Shown: positions 26,033 through 39,231, counted from the stretch's first letter. The stretch is 64,000 nucleotides of DNA from Chiloscyllium plagiosum (GCF_004010195.1 NC_057718.1:40130101-40194100), one strand, 5' to 3'. The notes: generated by a model from the letters alone, not told the origin. A program made the numbers and translations.

Positions 26033-26353
26033 TTAGATTAGATTAGATAACTGACAGTGTGGAAACAGGCCCTTTGGCCCAACAAGTCCACACCGACCCT
26101 ATGAAGAGTAACCCACCCAGACCCATTTCCCTCTGACTAACGCACCTAACACTATGGGAAATTTAGCATAGCCAATTGACCTGACCTGCACACGTTTTGG
26201 ACTATGGGAGGAAACAAAGCACCCGGAGGACATCCAAGCAGACACGGGGAGAATGTGCAAACTCCACACTGACAGTCGCCCGAGGCTGGAATAGAACCTG
26301 GGACCCTGGTGCTGTGAGGCAACAGTGCTAACCACTGAGCCACTGTGTCACCC
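26033..26353 (-). mobile_element. HE1 SINE (V-SINE), full length
   Basis: tRNA-like head gtggctcagtggttagcac / ggttctattcc, V domain, CR1-like tail and (TAATC)n end. Confidence 0.92.
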
Positions 26354-26559
26354 GTATTATTATGACAAACTGTCTGATCTTTCTCTTATTTGCCATCAAA
26401 TAAAAGGTATGCCAATGAGGTAGATTTTTTAAAAAATTCAGATGACTGGGGAAGCAGTTATACCTCAATGTTAAGGTTAACGATAATTTAATGGAATCAG
26501 CTAATGCAGTGCAAATGGTTGTGATAAAACCACAAATTGATCTCAGGACAAAAGTTCAG

Positions 26560-28450
26560 GAGGTGGGCAATGAATTGCCTTGGTTGGCCACAGTTGTAAT
26601 TTGAGCTGCTCCTCCTGTTCCACTATGGACAAGTGTTCACAAGATCCTTGGCCCATCTTCAAATGGATGGCTGTTATCCAGATTTTCTGTGGAAATTTTA
26701 AATCTGACATTTTATCACCCAGATCGATGGTGTTTGCAGTTGACTAGGTGTGTCATAGAGAGGTGACTCTGTCATCAGTTTACAGGGTGTGAAACATGTT
26801 CAGTTGAGAGCACAGGATTTGAGATGGGTGCATAGGATTTTCATCAAGGTTTTGTGCTTTGTTAGCTATCAATCAAAGGTATTTTTTGAGGAGAATGTTT
26901 TCCCTGGGAATGTCAGGTGATTCAGAGAGTGTAAGTCATTGTAACTGCACTGGTCTCAATGTCCCAAAAATAATTCTTTCTGGAGGTGGGAATGTATCAT
27001 ATTTATCTGCTAGCTTCTGAGCCCATTGAGCAACAGTACAAGTGTAGACAAGTGTAGACAAGTGTAAATGAAACAGTATTTAGCATGTTGGCTTTGTCTC
27101 AGGTAGGACTTGCCAGTTTCACATGAGATTCACTCTCATCCTGATCTTGGCTCTAGTGTATTGAAGGTTTTCATGGTAGGTCAATGAATAGTCAGAGAGT
27201 GACACCAAGAAATTTTGGCATTTGGGGGACAAGTGGTCAACTATAGAACTGGCTTCCTTGGCTTTTGAGTTGGTCAGGTGGAAGATTGACATTACAGTCT
27301 TGGCCTGATTTAATTGAAGTCTTGTCTTTTTCTGAAGTGGGCTTCCAGAGACTCTAGATCTTCAATGAGAATTTCCTCAGTATTCTGTTGAGCATAGGGT
27401 GAGTTGCTGGGACATGCAAAGAGCTGTAACTTTGTTGGACAACAGTCACTAGTTATATATAAAGAAGTCATTTGAGGAATGATCAGAGAAGAATCTGTTG
27501 TTGGCAGCTGAACCTGTCTGCAAGGTACACATGGAATTGTTTGGTTTCTAATCATGGAGCTGTTTGGTTATCAGGTTTTCACACTGCAAACGAATTGGAG
27601 AGTTTCAGCAGCCTGCCTTTTTCCACACAATGTCACAGGCTCAGGCTAAGTCGACAAAACCATTTCCTGTCTTAAGGCCTTTCTGAAAACCAGCCTCAAT
27701 TGAGAGGGGTTAGGACTTGCCCAGAGCAATTGCAGCCAGTGCGAAAATCTGCTTCTGCCTGGAGACCTTACTGCTTCCAGGATGGGACTCAAACTGTTTC
27801 ACAGGAGGAACTCCATGTCCTTTTATGTTATTGACAGCAGACCATGGGCAGCAGTGCTTGGTTACTGAGTGGCTTCCCACTTGGCAACGGTCACTACCTT
27901 GGACTGTCACCAGATAGTTGGAATGGTACTTGTGCTTTGTTGGTAAGTTTTGCCAGCCAATTCTTTCCCTGTGATTCAGTGTGCTTCAGGAATTCTGGGC
28001 AAATCCCATCAATTTCTGCTTTTTTGCCTGACTTACATGTTGTCAGGATACAGTATATTTCCTCATGTGTAGGGTTACCAGAAGACTGTCTGCTCTCAGG
28101 AAGATTTGCAAGACTGCATCAGCACTATTTTTACTGTCTGCTGACTGACACCTCTGGTTTATTAGAAACTGGGTAACAATAGTATGAGCAATGACTCAGG
28201 ATTGCTGGTATGGTTGTTGTTCAGCTACTTCCAGGTGGCCTAGAAGTTCCCACTCTTTTTGATCCTGCCAGCTGTCAGAGCTCAGTTAGTCTTCAATTGA
28301 ATTGGCTGCCAGACCCGGAGATACACAACAGCAACTTTGGTGATGACTGATTTATTCAACCTCTACTGCCACCTACATGATGTGTCATGGCCTCCAGCCT
28401 ATCATCTATCCACACAATGCAGCCTGGATTAAAAGTAAAACCTGCATCCT
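26560..28450 (-). mobile_element. Degenerate Vingi/Ingi-like LINE
   Basis: Minus-strand remnants translate to KSGKKAEIDGICPEFLKH, IEAGFQKGLKTGNGFVDL..A.DIVWK, FHLTNSKA and KFLGVTL; clade assigned from memory. Confidence 0.6.
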
Positions 28451-28737
28451 AATGCTGCATTGCACTGTCAATGCTCTGATGTGAAGTACCACTCTGCAAA
28501 TTCATCAGATTTCCTGTGCACTGCCTCATCAACATGGTACATCGCTCAACCTAAACTTAGCCTGACTCACTGCATTTCAATTGAATAGAAAGGCTTCTAT
28601 ATAAATTCAAGTTACAAAAATAATAATAAAACACCTGTCATTGAAGGAGTTGTGTACATTTTACTGCCAACAGGAAAATGTACTTAGTATTAGCAAAACA
28701 AGAAGAACTTCAGAGTTCATCTTTTCTTAGTTCTAAC

Positions 28738-28863
28738 CTTAAAAATGTCATCTCTTGCTGCTTGCAGTATATTTTTGCCAATTAAAATCTCTGTGAAAAC
28801 ATTTGACTCTGCTGCCCACCAGCGAAGAACATCTGCCCCATAGGGTGGGTCATGGTTTGGATC
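28738..28863 (-). CDS. IARS2: IARS2 exon (~17)
   Basis: cag|GAT...AAG|gttaga, 126 nt, [42 protein letters not shown] (YGADxLRxW motif). Confidence 0.97.
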
Positions 28864-29924
28864 CTGTACAACATAAGCAACTGTAGTTAATATCTTACAG
28901 CATAAATATAAACATAGGAAATGTAGAATTTTGTTGATTATCTGCACATAATCTTAATGCACAATTTGTATGAACTTGATTTCCAGATGGAAAGAAATTT
29001 CTCTCTCATGTTAATGCACCAAACAAAAATTTAAGGTCACTGAAGCCAAACAAATGCACATTAATTAACTAATTTTGCATTCACTTATAAGGAGTTTCAA
29101 GGATTAAGAACCTTCTTTACTTGCAATTACAAGACAAAATGCTTTGAGGAATATCATTTTCAACCTTCAAGTGAACATTTGTTGAATATTATCCAAATAG
29201 GATAATTAAAATTATCCAAAACATAACACACTGGTTTTGAATAATTGTCAGTATTTCAAGAATATGTAGAAAGTATGCCAAATGAAGTTGAAAAGTACAG
29301 TTTTATCTTTTAATATCCTTGTCGCACTATTAAGAGCCAAAATTGCTATTAACTTGTGGTGCATGCACTTAACATGTTTATACAAAGACTGATCAATATT
29401 TCATTTAAAAAATATCCTACTTCTTACCACACACAGAAGCTATTGTCTCACTTTGCAATAAATCCCAGCATTTATCTAATCAATTAATATAGCATCATAT
29501 TCATGGTGAACATTAGTAATCTGCTATATGCCTCTACATAATCCAAGCCACTGGAAAGTTTAAACGAGCAACTTTGCCTATCCTCAATCTTCCTGGAATC
29601 CTCATAGTCATACTTAGTCACACGGATAATGTCAAAAACAGAAACTGTGAACCGCTCCTCTAGCATTCAATTCCATGTTCAAGAATATGGTGAATGGAGT
29701 GGACCTGACACAATACAAACTCAGCACCAGTAAACATGTTTGTAAACATGTTTGCAAAACCCACATATGAAGTGGCAATGGTAAAGGCTATAAAAATCTG
29801 AATTTGTTCAAGAAGAAGTGACTGCAGTAGGTACAGTAGAATGACCATGGGCATGATTTGTATGGACTTGCAGAAACAAATATGAAACTCTTCATAAGAG
29901 ATGGTTATAAGAAAAGAATATTCA

Positions 29925-30030
29925 CCAGTTCTGCAGAAGGGTCACTGTACTCGAAATATTAATTCTGCTTTCTCTCCACAGATGATGCCAGACCTGCTGA
30001 GCTTCTCCAGCAATTCCTGTTTTTGTTCCA
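29925..30030 (+). mobile_element. Short Penelope-derived element (hammerhead family 2)
   Basis: ttctgcagaagggtcactgtactcgaaatatt (core with mutations) followed by ctctccacagatgatgccagacctgctgag. Confidence 0.72.
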
Positions 30031-30043
30031 CTAAGTGGGGTTT

Positions 30044-30372
30044 TTAGATTAGATTCCTTTCAGAATGGAAACAGGCCCTTTGGCCCACCAAGTGTACACT
30101 GACCCTCCAAAGAGTAACCCACCCAGACCCATTCCCCTCCCCTATATTTAGCCCTGACTAATGCACCTAACACTATGGGCAATTTAGCATGGCCAATTCA
30201 TCTGACCTGCACATCTTTGGATTGTGGGGGGAAACCGGACACCAGGAGGAAACTCACGCAGACAGAGGGAGAATGTGCAAACTCCACACAGACAGTTGCC
30301 CGAGGTGGGAATCGAGACCAGGTCTTTGGTGCTGTGAGGCAGCAGTGCTAACCACTGAGCCACTGTGCCGCC
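30044..30372 (-). mobile_element. HE1 SINE, full length
   Basis: Same head, V domain and tail as the 26033 copy. Confidence 0.92.
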
Positions 30373-30426
30373 TCATTCCCTGAAATTTAACAGATTAAAA
30401 GAAAACCTGACAATGTTTTCAAGATG

Positions 30427-30636
30427 CAGGTAGCCCCTGCTTTCTGAAAATAGAGCATTCTCAGGAAACCTTTCGTAAACTGAAAATGGCGTAAAGTGAA
30501 AGTGCATGTGGGAGAAAGTATCGTCGTTTCTCATAAAAGCGAAAATCCTCTCCGAATATGCGCAAGGTACTAATGTAGCTCTTTAATAAAAGCAAAACTG
30601 CGTAAAGCAAACATTCGAAAAATTGGGGGGTACCTG
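30427..30636. mobile_element. Tigger-like MITE
   Basis: TIRs caggtagcccctgctttctgaa / ttcgaaaaattggggggtacctg; internal cgtaaa/gcgaaa subrepeats. Confidence 0.65.
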
Positions 30637-31383
30637 TGTTAAGGGGAACAGCTCAGATAGACACAAGCAAACGACTTAGGCTGCTTAGGGATTCTAGGAC
30701 TTGCGAATCATTTAAAAATTAGAGCTCGACTTTTCAGCAGTGAAGTAAGGAAATATGTCTACACACAAAGGACTGCAAATGTTTAAAGGTCTCTTCCACA
30801 AAAGAAAATGGTGCTCTATCAATTGTTAATTTTGTGATGGGTAGATTTTGTTAACCAAAGATATTAAGGGATCTAAGGCATATATCTGGAATACACATGG
30901 AAGTCATAGATAACTATGATCTCATTAAATGACAGAGCAGGTTTAAAAGGTTTAATATCCTCATCGTTTTACACAAGGACATCACAATGAGCCACTTCAT
31001 TCATTTAACTGCTGATATCCTAACCACCTTTATGAAAGAATTACTTATGGCAAGAAACCTTCATAGATGCAATCACAGCATCATATAGTACAGAAGAGGC
31101 CTTTTGGTCTACTGTGTTCTGTACTCCCAAAAATACACGGCTAGCTACGCTAGTTCTCTTTTCCCACATTAGGCCCATAGCCTTGAATGTTATGAATTTT
31201 CTTTTTTTCAAACCCTACTTTCACTGTAGCATTCTTTGAAAATGCAGTACCTTGACAAAGTGTTTTTGATCACTTTTTAAGTTCATAACTGTTGATAACT
31301 TACTTCGTTCTGAAAAACTAATTTTATATTAAACTAGTATTTTTTTGTTGTGAGAAGTAAAACAAAATACTGTAAAGACTTAC

Positions 31384-31486
31384 CAGTCCTCCATTAACAA
31401 TAACATCTGGATCTACCACATTTCCAATGGATTTGGACATTTTTTCACCACTTTCATTGAGAGTAAATCCATGGACCACCAGTTTT
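31384..31486 (-). CDS. IARS2: IARS2 exon (~16) with class I aaRS KMSKS motif
   Basis: cag|A AAA...CTG|gtaagt, 103 nt, [34 protein letters not shown]. Confidence 0.97.
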
Positions 31487-31739
31487 CTGAGGATAAAATA
31501 TTCAAAGCTTACTAACGAAAATCTGTCCTCCACTAAAAGATGCTTTACTACTCCACAGTTTTATACAGTTTAAAGGCAGGATTTTCCATGCAAATGCTTC
31601 ATACCAGAAACTTAGGTTAAATTGTTTTGAAGGGAGTATATTTGTAAACATGTGCATTTAAACTTTTAGAAGTACTCTTAAAACAAATAATTTAGACAAG
31701 CATTTTTGTTAAATCACAATTTTCATTCCACTTCTTAAT

Positions 31740-32900
31740 GATTTGCTTGTGCTATTGGGCAGGGTTTCATGAGTGTCCCTGGCTGGATCAGCATTTATAG
31801 CACAACCCCAGACGCACTTGTGCTGGAGCTGGTGAGCTGCCTTCTTGAAGAGCTGAAGCCCACGTGTTGTAGATAAAACCACAATGCTACTAGGAAGGGA
31901 ATTCCATGATTTTGACCCAGTGACAGTGAAGGAACGGCGATGATATATTTCCAAGCCAGGATGGCGAGGGACTTGGAGGGGAATTTGCAGATGGTGGTAT
32001 TTCCATGTATCTACTGCCCTTGTCCTTCTAGATGGAAGTGGTTGTGGGTTTGTAAGACTATTTTTAAAGGATTTTTGCTGAATTTTTGCAATGCATTTTG
32101 TCGCTAGTGCACATTATAGCTACTGAGCATTGGGAATAGATGTTTGTGGATATGGTATGAATCAAATGGGATGCTTTGTCTTGAATGGTGTCAAACTTCA
32201 GTGTTGTTGGGAGATGAACTCATCAGGCAAATAAAAAGTATGCCACAACACTCCTCATGCGCCTCACAGATGGTGGGCAGGTTTTAGGGAATCTAGAGGT
32301 TGTACAGTCATACAGCCCGGGAACAGATCCTTCGGTCCAACCAGTCCACGCCGACCATGTACCCAAACTAAACTAGTCCCACCTGCCTGCACTTGGCCCA
32401 TATCTCTCCAAACATGTCCTATTCATTAACTTATTCAAACATCTTTTAAACATGTAACTGTACCTGCATCCACTACTTTCTCCACGAGTTCATTCCCCAC
32501 ACAAACCACTCTGTGTAAAAAGGTTGTCCCTTATGTCTTTTTCCTCTTGCTCTAAAAATATGCTTTCTAGTTTTGAACTCCCCCAACATCATGCAGTTTT
32601 CATAGCCTCTAAATGTTTCTTATAGTCACTTTACTTGTATTACAAGTCCAATTCAGTTTCTAGTCAATGGTAATCCCCAGGATGTTGATAGTGGGGGATA
32701 CAGGAATGATAATGCCATTAAATGTCAAGGTGCAGTGGTTAGATTTATATCTTGCTGGAGATGGTCACTACCTGGCATTTATATGGCATGAATGTTACGT
32801 GACATTTTTCAGCCCAAGACTGGATATTGTTCAGGGCTTGATGCATTTGGACGTGGACTCCTTAGAATCTGAGGAGTCAGAATGCTGCTGAACATTGTGC
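31740..32900 (-). mobile_element. Old LINE 3' region with a nested CR1/HER1 tail (about 32305-32585, -)
   Basis: Reverse complement of the family at 19960-22110; nested catacagc...cttcggtccaaccagtcc tail. Confidence 0.7.
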
Positions 32901-32921
32901 AATCTTCGGACATTATAATGT

Positions 32922-32990
32922 TTGCAAGTTTTGAGAAGATTTGTAGCTCAGGTTTAAGGTTCTGGATCTAAGTTTGCTTGCTGAGCTGGA
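32922..32990 (-). mobile_element. Terminal fragment of the same Penelope family as 23432-25093
   Basis: gttttgagaagatttgtagctcagg...gtttgcttgctgagctgga matches 23438-23499. Confidence 0.8.
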
Positions 32991-33589
32991 TTTTGATGAT
33001 CATATAACACACTATTCATGCCACTGATATGTGAGAATATTGAATTGCCTCTAATTTTAAAATTTTAATAAGAACACCTGATCAATCCACTGAGATCCTC
33101 CTGCAGTTTATAGTTATCCTCCTTACTATTCACCTCCCAACTAATTTTTGCGACATCTGCAAACTTCTTGATCAAATGGCCTGAATTTAAGTCCATATAC
33201 TTAATTATAACCCACAACAAGAAGGGTCACAATACCAAGACCTGCAGAACCTCACTGGAAATAGATTTTCACTCACAGAAACATTCCGTCTGCGTTCACC
33301 CTCCATTGCCTCTTGGCCAATTTTGGATTCAATGTGCCACTTTGCCTTGCGTCTCAAGCTCTTAACTTTCCTGACCAATCTGTCATGACGGATGCTGTCA
33401 AAAGCCTTATTAAAATCCACATAAACCACATCTTCTTCGACTTATAACAAGGCACTCCTCTTTGTAATGTCAATCCAAATCATCAGAAAATAGATTGCAG
33501 CCAAATTCAGGTCATGCATTCCAGATGGGCAAGGATTCTGATCAGGTGAATTTATAACATTGTCCTCCTAAAGTGTGAATCAATATAGC

Positions 33590-34955
33590 AGCCTAAGAAG
33601 GCTCATGCAGCATGTTTCAATGACTACTGCCCAGTGGCCCTAAATTCGGTGGTCATGAAGTGCTTTGAAAGGCTGATCATGGCATTAATTAACTCCAGCC
33701 TCCCCATTACTCTTGACTCACTCCAATATGCCTATCGAACCAACAGATCCATGTCAGATGCCATATCACTTGCTCTTTACTCCTCCTTAGAACATCTTGA
33801 TAACAAGGCACTCCTCTTTGTAATGTCAATCCAAATCATCAGAAAATAGATTGCAGCCAAATTCAGCTACATAAGAATCCTACTCATTGACTACAGTTCA
33901 GTCTTTAACACTATTATCCCCTCGACACTGATTACTCAACTTGGTGATCTCAAACTAAGCCCCATTTTCTGTAACTGGATCCTCAGTTTCCTGACCCACA
34001 GTTCACAATCAGTGAAGACTGGGGACAATATTTCATCATCACCAGCACTCAACCCCCTACTGTACTCACTGTATACCCATGACTGCGTTGCCAAATACCA
34101 GACTAATGCCATTTACAAGTTCACCAATGACACCACCATTGTCGGTCGAATCTCAGATGGCGTCAGACGGGAGGTGGAAGACCTGGAAAAATTGTGCACT
34201 GAGAACAACCTAGCTCTCAATGCCAGCAAAACCAAGGAACTCATTATTGACTTTTGGCGGGATGTTACACATGCACCCCCCTACACTTTTAACAGCACAG
34301 AGGTGGAATGAGTGGAGAGTGTCAAGCTCCGAGGAGTGGTCATCCACAACAAGCTTCCTTGGACTCTTCATGTGGACGCACTGGTTACAATGGCCCAACA
34401 ATACCTTTTCTTCCTCAGGCAGCTGAGGAAATTTGGCATGATGGCAAATATCCTTGCCAACTTTTATAGGTGTGCCATTTGGAGCATCCTGTCTGGATGT
34501 ATCACTACCTGGTATGGCAACTGTACCATTCAAGATTGGCGACGGTTACAGAAAGTGGTGAACTCGGTCCGGACAATCACAAAGGCCAACTTCCCATCTA
34601 TAGAATCCATCTACCAGGCCCGCTGTCAAGAAAAAGCCACCAGCATTCTCAAAGATCCATCCCACCCTCGGATGTTTTTCTACAACCTCTACCATTGGGG
34701 AGAAGGTACAGTCGCCTGAAGAGAGAGAGAGAGAGAGACACACACACACAGGTTTGGAACAGTTTCTATCCTACAGTTGTTAGAATACTGAATGGAGTCT
34801 CAAACTCTTAATATTTGCCTGTTTTTGTTTTTGCCACTGTTTACCTATTATTTACTTATCGATGCCACTTAACTCTGTGATCTGCCTGTATTGCTCGCAA
34901 GACAAAGCTTTTCACTGTGCCTCGGTACACGTGACAATAAATTCAATTCAATTCA
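33590..34955 (+). mobile_element. Rex1/Babar-clade LINE, 5'-truncated, (ATTCA)n tail
   Basis: NDYCPVALNSVVMKCFERL, DSLQYAYRTNRS.SDAI, IDYSSVFNTI, LYSLYTHDC..KFTNDTT, LNASKTKELIIDF, SILSGCITTWYGN. Confidence 0.88.
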
Positions 34956-36394
34956 GGGGTATGGACACCACGAGGAGGTAACATTAGAAAGGAAAAATAA
35001 GGTACATAAAAATTTGAGAGAGACAGTATTAGAGTAAATATTACAAAGATATCAAGTGGCGTCAGAGTAGAAGAAAATGGAATAAAATGCAAATTAGATT
35101 TGTTGTGTATATAAGTGAATGCATGGTGTGTGGTAAATGGTTGCTCAGCTGCAGGTACAGATAATCAAGTGGAAATATGATGGTATGGAAATAACAGAGA
35201 TCTGATTTTAAAAGATGCAGGATTGGGTTCTAAGTATTCCTGGATACAAGGAAAAATAGATAAGGAACTAAGACAGGAGTGATAGGGTGTCTTAGAGAAG
35301 TCAAGAACAAAAAGTATTCAGACCACAGCTAAGAAATAATAGTTACCATCATAATACTGGGTGTATTCTATACATCACCACTAAGTTGGAAAGATATGGA
35401 GGAACAAATTTACAAGAAATTACAGAGGGCATAAAACTATAAAGCAATTTTTATTAGAGGCTTGAATTATTCTAATGTAGACAGGGATAGTAACAATGTC
35501 AGAGCAGAGAAAGGGAAGAACTTTTGAAGTGTGCTCAGGAGAATTGACTCAAACAGTACATTTCAAATCAGTGCAGAAGGAAGGGTTGCTGGACCTGTTT
35601 CTGGGAAATGAGGTGGGTCATGTGGATCCAATCTCAGCAGGGGAACACATCAGAGATTATAATCATACTCAACCTGAACCTTATGGTACTATGGCAAAGG
35701 ACAAAACATAAAAATATAAAAACTAGGAGCAGTATAGGCTAATCTCAATACAGCTTTAACACCAATTCCATGCCTGCCCCAAATAAGCTTGGACTCCTTT
35801 GTAGATAAATAACCTGTATAACTCAGCCTGAATCTATTCAATGAACCAGCCTCTCTCCTTTGCAGAGAATTCCAAACATTATTATTGCTCAGAGAAGAAA
35901 TTCCTCCATGTTTCTACCTTAAATGAGACAACGCTTATTCTGAACAGCATTGTGGTTCCAGTACCCATGAAGGAAAGGAAAGTATTCTCTTCACCCTCTA
36001 CCATGTTAAGCTTTCAGAGAATCTTCCCACTTGCAATAAGATCACCTTTCATTTTTCTAAAATTGAATTATGTACAGGCCCAACATTCTTAAATGTTCCT
36101 CATAAGACAACCTCGAATTGAGTGTGCAGGGCTCATTTTCAAACTGTGTGGAAAGTACAAAACCTTGAAGTATTGGGAACTGTGAGAAGGCAGAGATTAG
36201 ACTTCAAAAGGACACAATCAGCCAGGAGGAAAAGGTAGACACATGGAAAATACAGTTTAAAGCAGAAAAAGTGTGAAGTGATACATTTTTGGAGGAAGGA
36301 TGAGGAAGGGCAATGCAAAACAAGGGATACAACTCTATGGGGGGTATGCAGGAGCAATGGAATAGAACAGAACATATGTAGACAAATCATTGAG

Positions 36395-36546
36395 GAGAAA
36401 GTGAGGTCTGCAGATGCTGGAGATCAGAGCTGGAAATGTGTTGCTGGAAAAGCGCAGCAGGTCAGGCAGCATCCAGGGAACAGGAGAATCGACGTTTCGG
36501 GCATAAGCCCTTCTTCAGGGCTGCGCTTTTCCAGCAACACATTTCC
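36395..36546 (-). mobile_element. Young fold-back hammerhead-family-1 element with 15-bp TSD
   Basis: TSD agacaaatcattgag at 36380-36394 and 36547-36561; second arm internally deleted. Confidence 0.9.
36486..36520 (-). ncRNA. Minimal type I hammerhead ribozyme motif, sense to IARS2
   Basis: Minus strand cc-CTGAAGA-A-GGGC ttat GCCC-GAAA-C-GTC-gattc; core intact, stem I weak. Confidence 0.72.
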
Positions 36547-36625
36547 AGACAAATCATTGAGTGTGGCAGAGCAGGTTGGGAAAGCAGTTAGTAAATTCAA
36601 GCTATGGAATTCAAGGCTTTATAAA

Positions 36626-36888
36626 TTAGATTAGATTAGATTAGATTACTTACAGTGTGGAAACAGGCCCTTCGGCCCAACAAGNNNNNNNNNNNNNNNN
36701 NNNNNNNNNNNNNNNNNNNNNNNNNNNNNNNNNNNNNNNNNNNNNNNNNNNNNNNNNNNNNNNNNNNNNNNNNNNNNNNNNNNNNNNNNNNNNNNNNNNN
36801 NNNNNNNNNNNNGCCTGAGGCAGGAATTGAAACCGGGTCTCTGGCGCTGTGAGGCAGCAGTGCTAACCACTGTGCCACCGTGCCGCCC
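36626..36888 (-). mobile_element. Young HE1 SINE with internal assembly gap (36685-36812)
   Basis: Head gggcggcacggtggcacagtggttagcac; (TAATC)4 tail. Confidence 0.92.
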
Positions 36889-39128
36889 AATAGAGTCAGA
36901 GAGTACAAAGACATGGAAGTTAAGGTGATCCTTTATATAACACTGGCTTCAGTCTCAACCGAATTACTATATCCGATTCTGTGCACCAGACTTTAGGAAG
37001 GAAGTAAAGGCAGTAGAGAGGATTCAGAAAAGATGTACAAGAACAGTTCCAAGAATACAAATTTTCAGTTACATGGACAGATTGCGGAAGTTAGAGCTGT
37101 TCTCCTTAAATAAGGTTGAAAGGAGATTTGATAGAAGTATTTGAAATCATAGGGGTCTGGACAGAGTAGACAGGGAGAAACTACTTCCATTATTGGAAGA
37201 ATCATAAATTGGAGGGAGAAAGATTCAAGGTAAAGGGAAAAGAACAAAAGGTGACATGAGAGAGAACTTTTTTTGAATGCAGTGAATTTTTAGAATCTAA
37301 AATATTTTGCCAGAGATCATGGCGATGGCAGCTTCAATTTTGGTTTACAAAAAACAGATAATTTTCTAAAGAGAAGAAAAACTTGTCAGTTTTGGGAAAA
37401 GTCCAACGAATGGACTAGATAAACTGCAGAGATTTGCCAGGGACACAAGAGGTCAAGTTGCATCCTTCTGTGTTGGACCATCCCTTTATATATTTCATGT
37501 ACACTTTGAAAGGGCCATTGGAATTGAATTTTCCAAGGATAGGCAAGCTCACGCAGATTCCACACAGTTCCCTCAGAAATCCCTAAGAGTATTGAGACAA
37601 GACAGAAGGTTGACACTGATACAAAAGTTAGAGACAGTAAGCTAAATAGACAAGGCAGACAAGAGCATGGCAGAAAACAAGGGAAGGCTGATGAATTAAA
37701 ATACATTTATTTCAATGCAAAAGGCCTGGCAGATCAGGCAAATGAACTCAGGGCATGGATAGGAACATGGGACTGGAATATCATCACCATTACAGAAACA
37801 TGGCTGAGGGAGGGACAGGACTGACAGCTCAATGTTCTGGGTTACAGATGCTATAGGAAGGATAAAAGGGGAGGCAAGAGAGAATGAAGATTGGCGATTC
37901 ATATAAACGATTTGGATGAGAATAGAGGAGGCATGGTTAGTAAGTTGCAAATAACACCAAAATTGATGGTATAGTGGAGAGTGAAGAAGTTTATCTAAGA
38001 GTACAATAGAATCTTGAGCAATTGGGCCAGTGCGCCGAGGAATGGAACATAATATAGATAAATGCAAGGTGTAGTACTTTAGTAAGACAAACCAGGGCAG
38101 GAATTAGACAGTTAATGGTAGAGACCTCGGGGTACAGGTACATAGTTCCTTGCAAGAGGTGTCATGGGTAGATAGGGTGGTGAAGTCAGTGTTTGGCACG
38201 TTTGTCTTCATCAATCAGAGCATTGAGTGGTTGTTGTGATGTCATGTTATGGCTGTACAAGACATTGGTAAGGCCACGTTTGGAGTATTATGTACAATTC
38301 TGGTCACCCTGCTATAGGAAGGATGCTATTAAACTGGAAAGAGTGCAAAAAATATTTGCTAGTATGTTACCGAGATGACAGGGTTTGTGTTATAAGGAGA
38401 GGCTGAATAGGCTGGGATTTCTTTTACCCATAGGAGGCTCAGGGGTGATAGGCATAGATAAGATGAATAACCAAGGTCTTTTTCCCAGAGTAGGGGAGTC
38501 TAAAGCTAGAAGGCATAATTGTAAGGTGAGGGGGGAAAGATTCAAAAGAGACCTGAGAGGTGACTTCTTATACACAGACGTTGGTGCCTGTATCAAATAA
38601 GCTGCCACAGGAAATGGTAGAGTTGCACATTTAAAAGACGTTTGGACAGGTTCATGGATAGCAGAGGTTGAGAGGGTTATGGGCCAAATGCAGGCAAACG
38701 GGACTTGTTCAGTTTAGGAAACTTGGTCGGTACAGACAGATGGGGCCAAAGGGTCTGTTTCCATGCTGTACAACTCCACGAACATGGAGCCTTACTTCCA
38801 TTCTGACAGTAGGACTGTCGGAAGGCAGCAAGTCACATTCTCTTTTCATAACAGTCACTCTGAAAATTAAAGGTCCTCACAGGCAGTTTGGCAGCAGCTA
38901 TTAAATCATAAGTATTTGTTAAGTGGGAAGGATTTATATTGACTAATACAAAGGGAAGAAATAACTAAAAGAGAATGCTTATTTAGGTTTAATACAGAAT
39001 ATACAAATTTACCAAAATGATTTGAAAAGTTCAATGTGCTCTATGTGGACTACGTTCAGAGGAGCAAATGACATGATAATAAATGTACAAGTTAATAGCC
39101 CAATTAATTTGATTAATAAAATACTAAC

Positions 39129-39231
39129 CTATATGGAATCTGTTTCTCAGCTGCTACACTGGTGAGCAGTGAGGATTGAAACCATCCACCCAGTTGATCC
39201 TTCCCCTCCAGGTACACATCTGCAACATTAC
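39129..39231 (-). CDS. IARS2: IARS2 exon (~15)
   Basis: tag|GT AAT...TAT AG|gttagt, 103 nt, [35 protein letters not shown] (EGxDQxxGWF motif). Confidence 0.94.

Larger units (their letters stand above)
35080..38780 (+). mobile_element. Cluster of degenerate CR1 fragments (endonuclease, RT and 3' tails) with nested insertions
   Basis: YFNA/ITETWL endonuclease remnants (about 37700-37860), LDLFLGNE, LVRPRLEYYVQFWSP..RKD..KLERVQ, and 3' tail at about 38740-38775. Confidence 0.8.

Noticed and set aside
26300..26353. tRNA-like sequences at SINE heads (also 30320-30372, 36820-36888, 19652-19720)
   Set aside because: Pol III heads of HE1/Deu SINEs, not complete cloverleaf tRNA genes
27039..27067. 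Short tandem repeats (aagtgtagac x~3; also 29730-29756 and the (GA)n(CA)n tract at 34720-34750)
   Set aside because: Ordinary slippage duplications or microsatellites inside decayed elements
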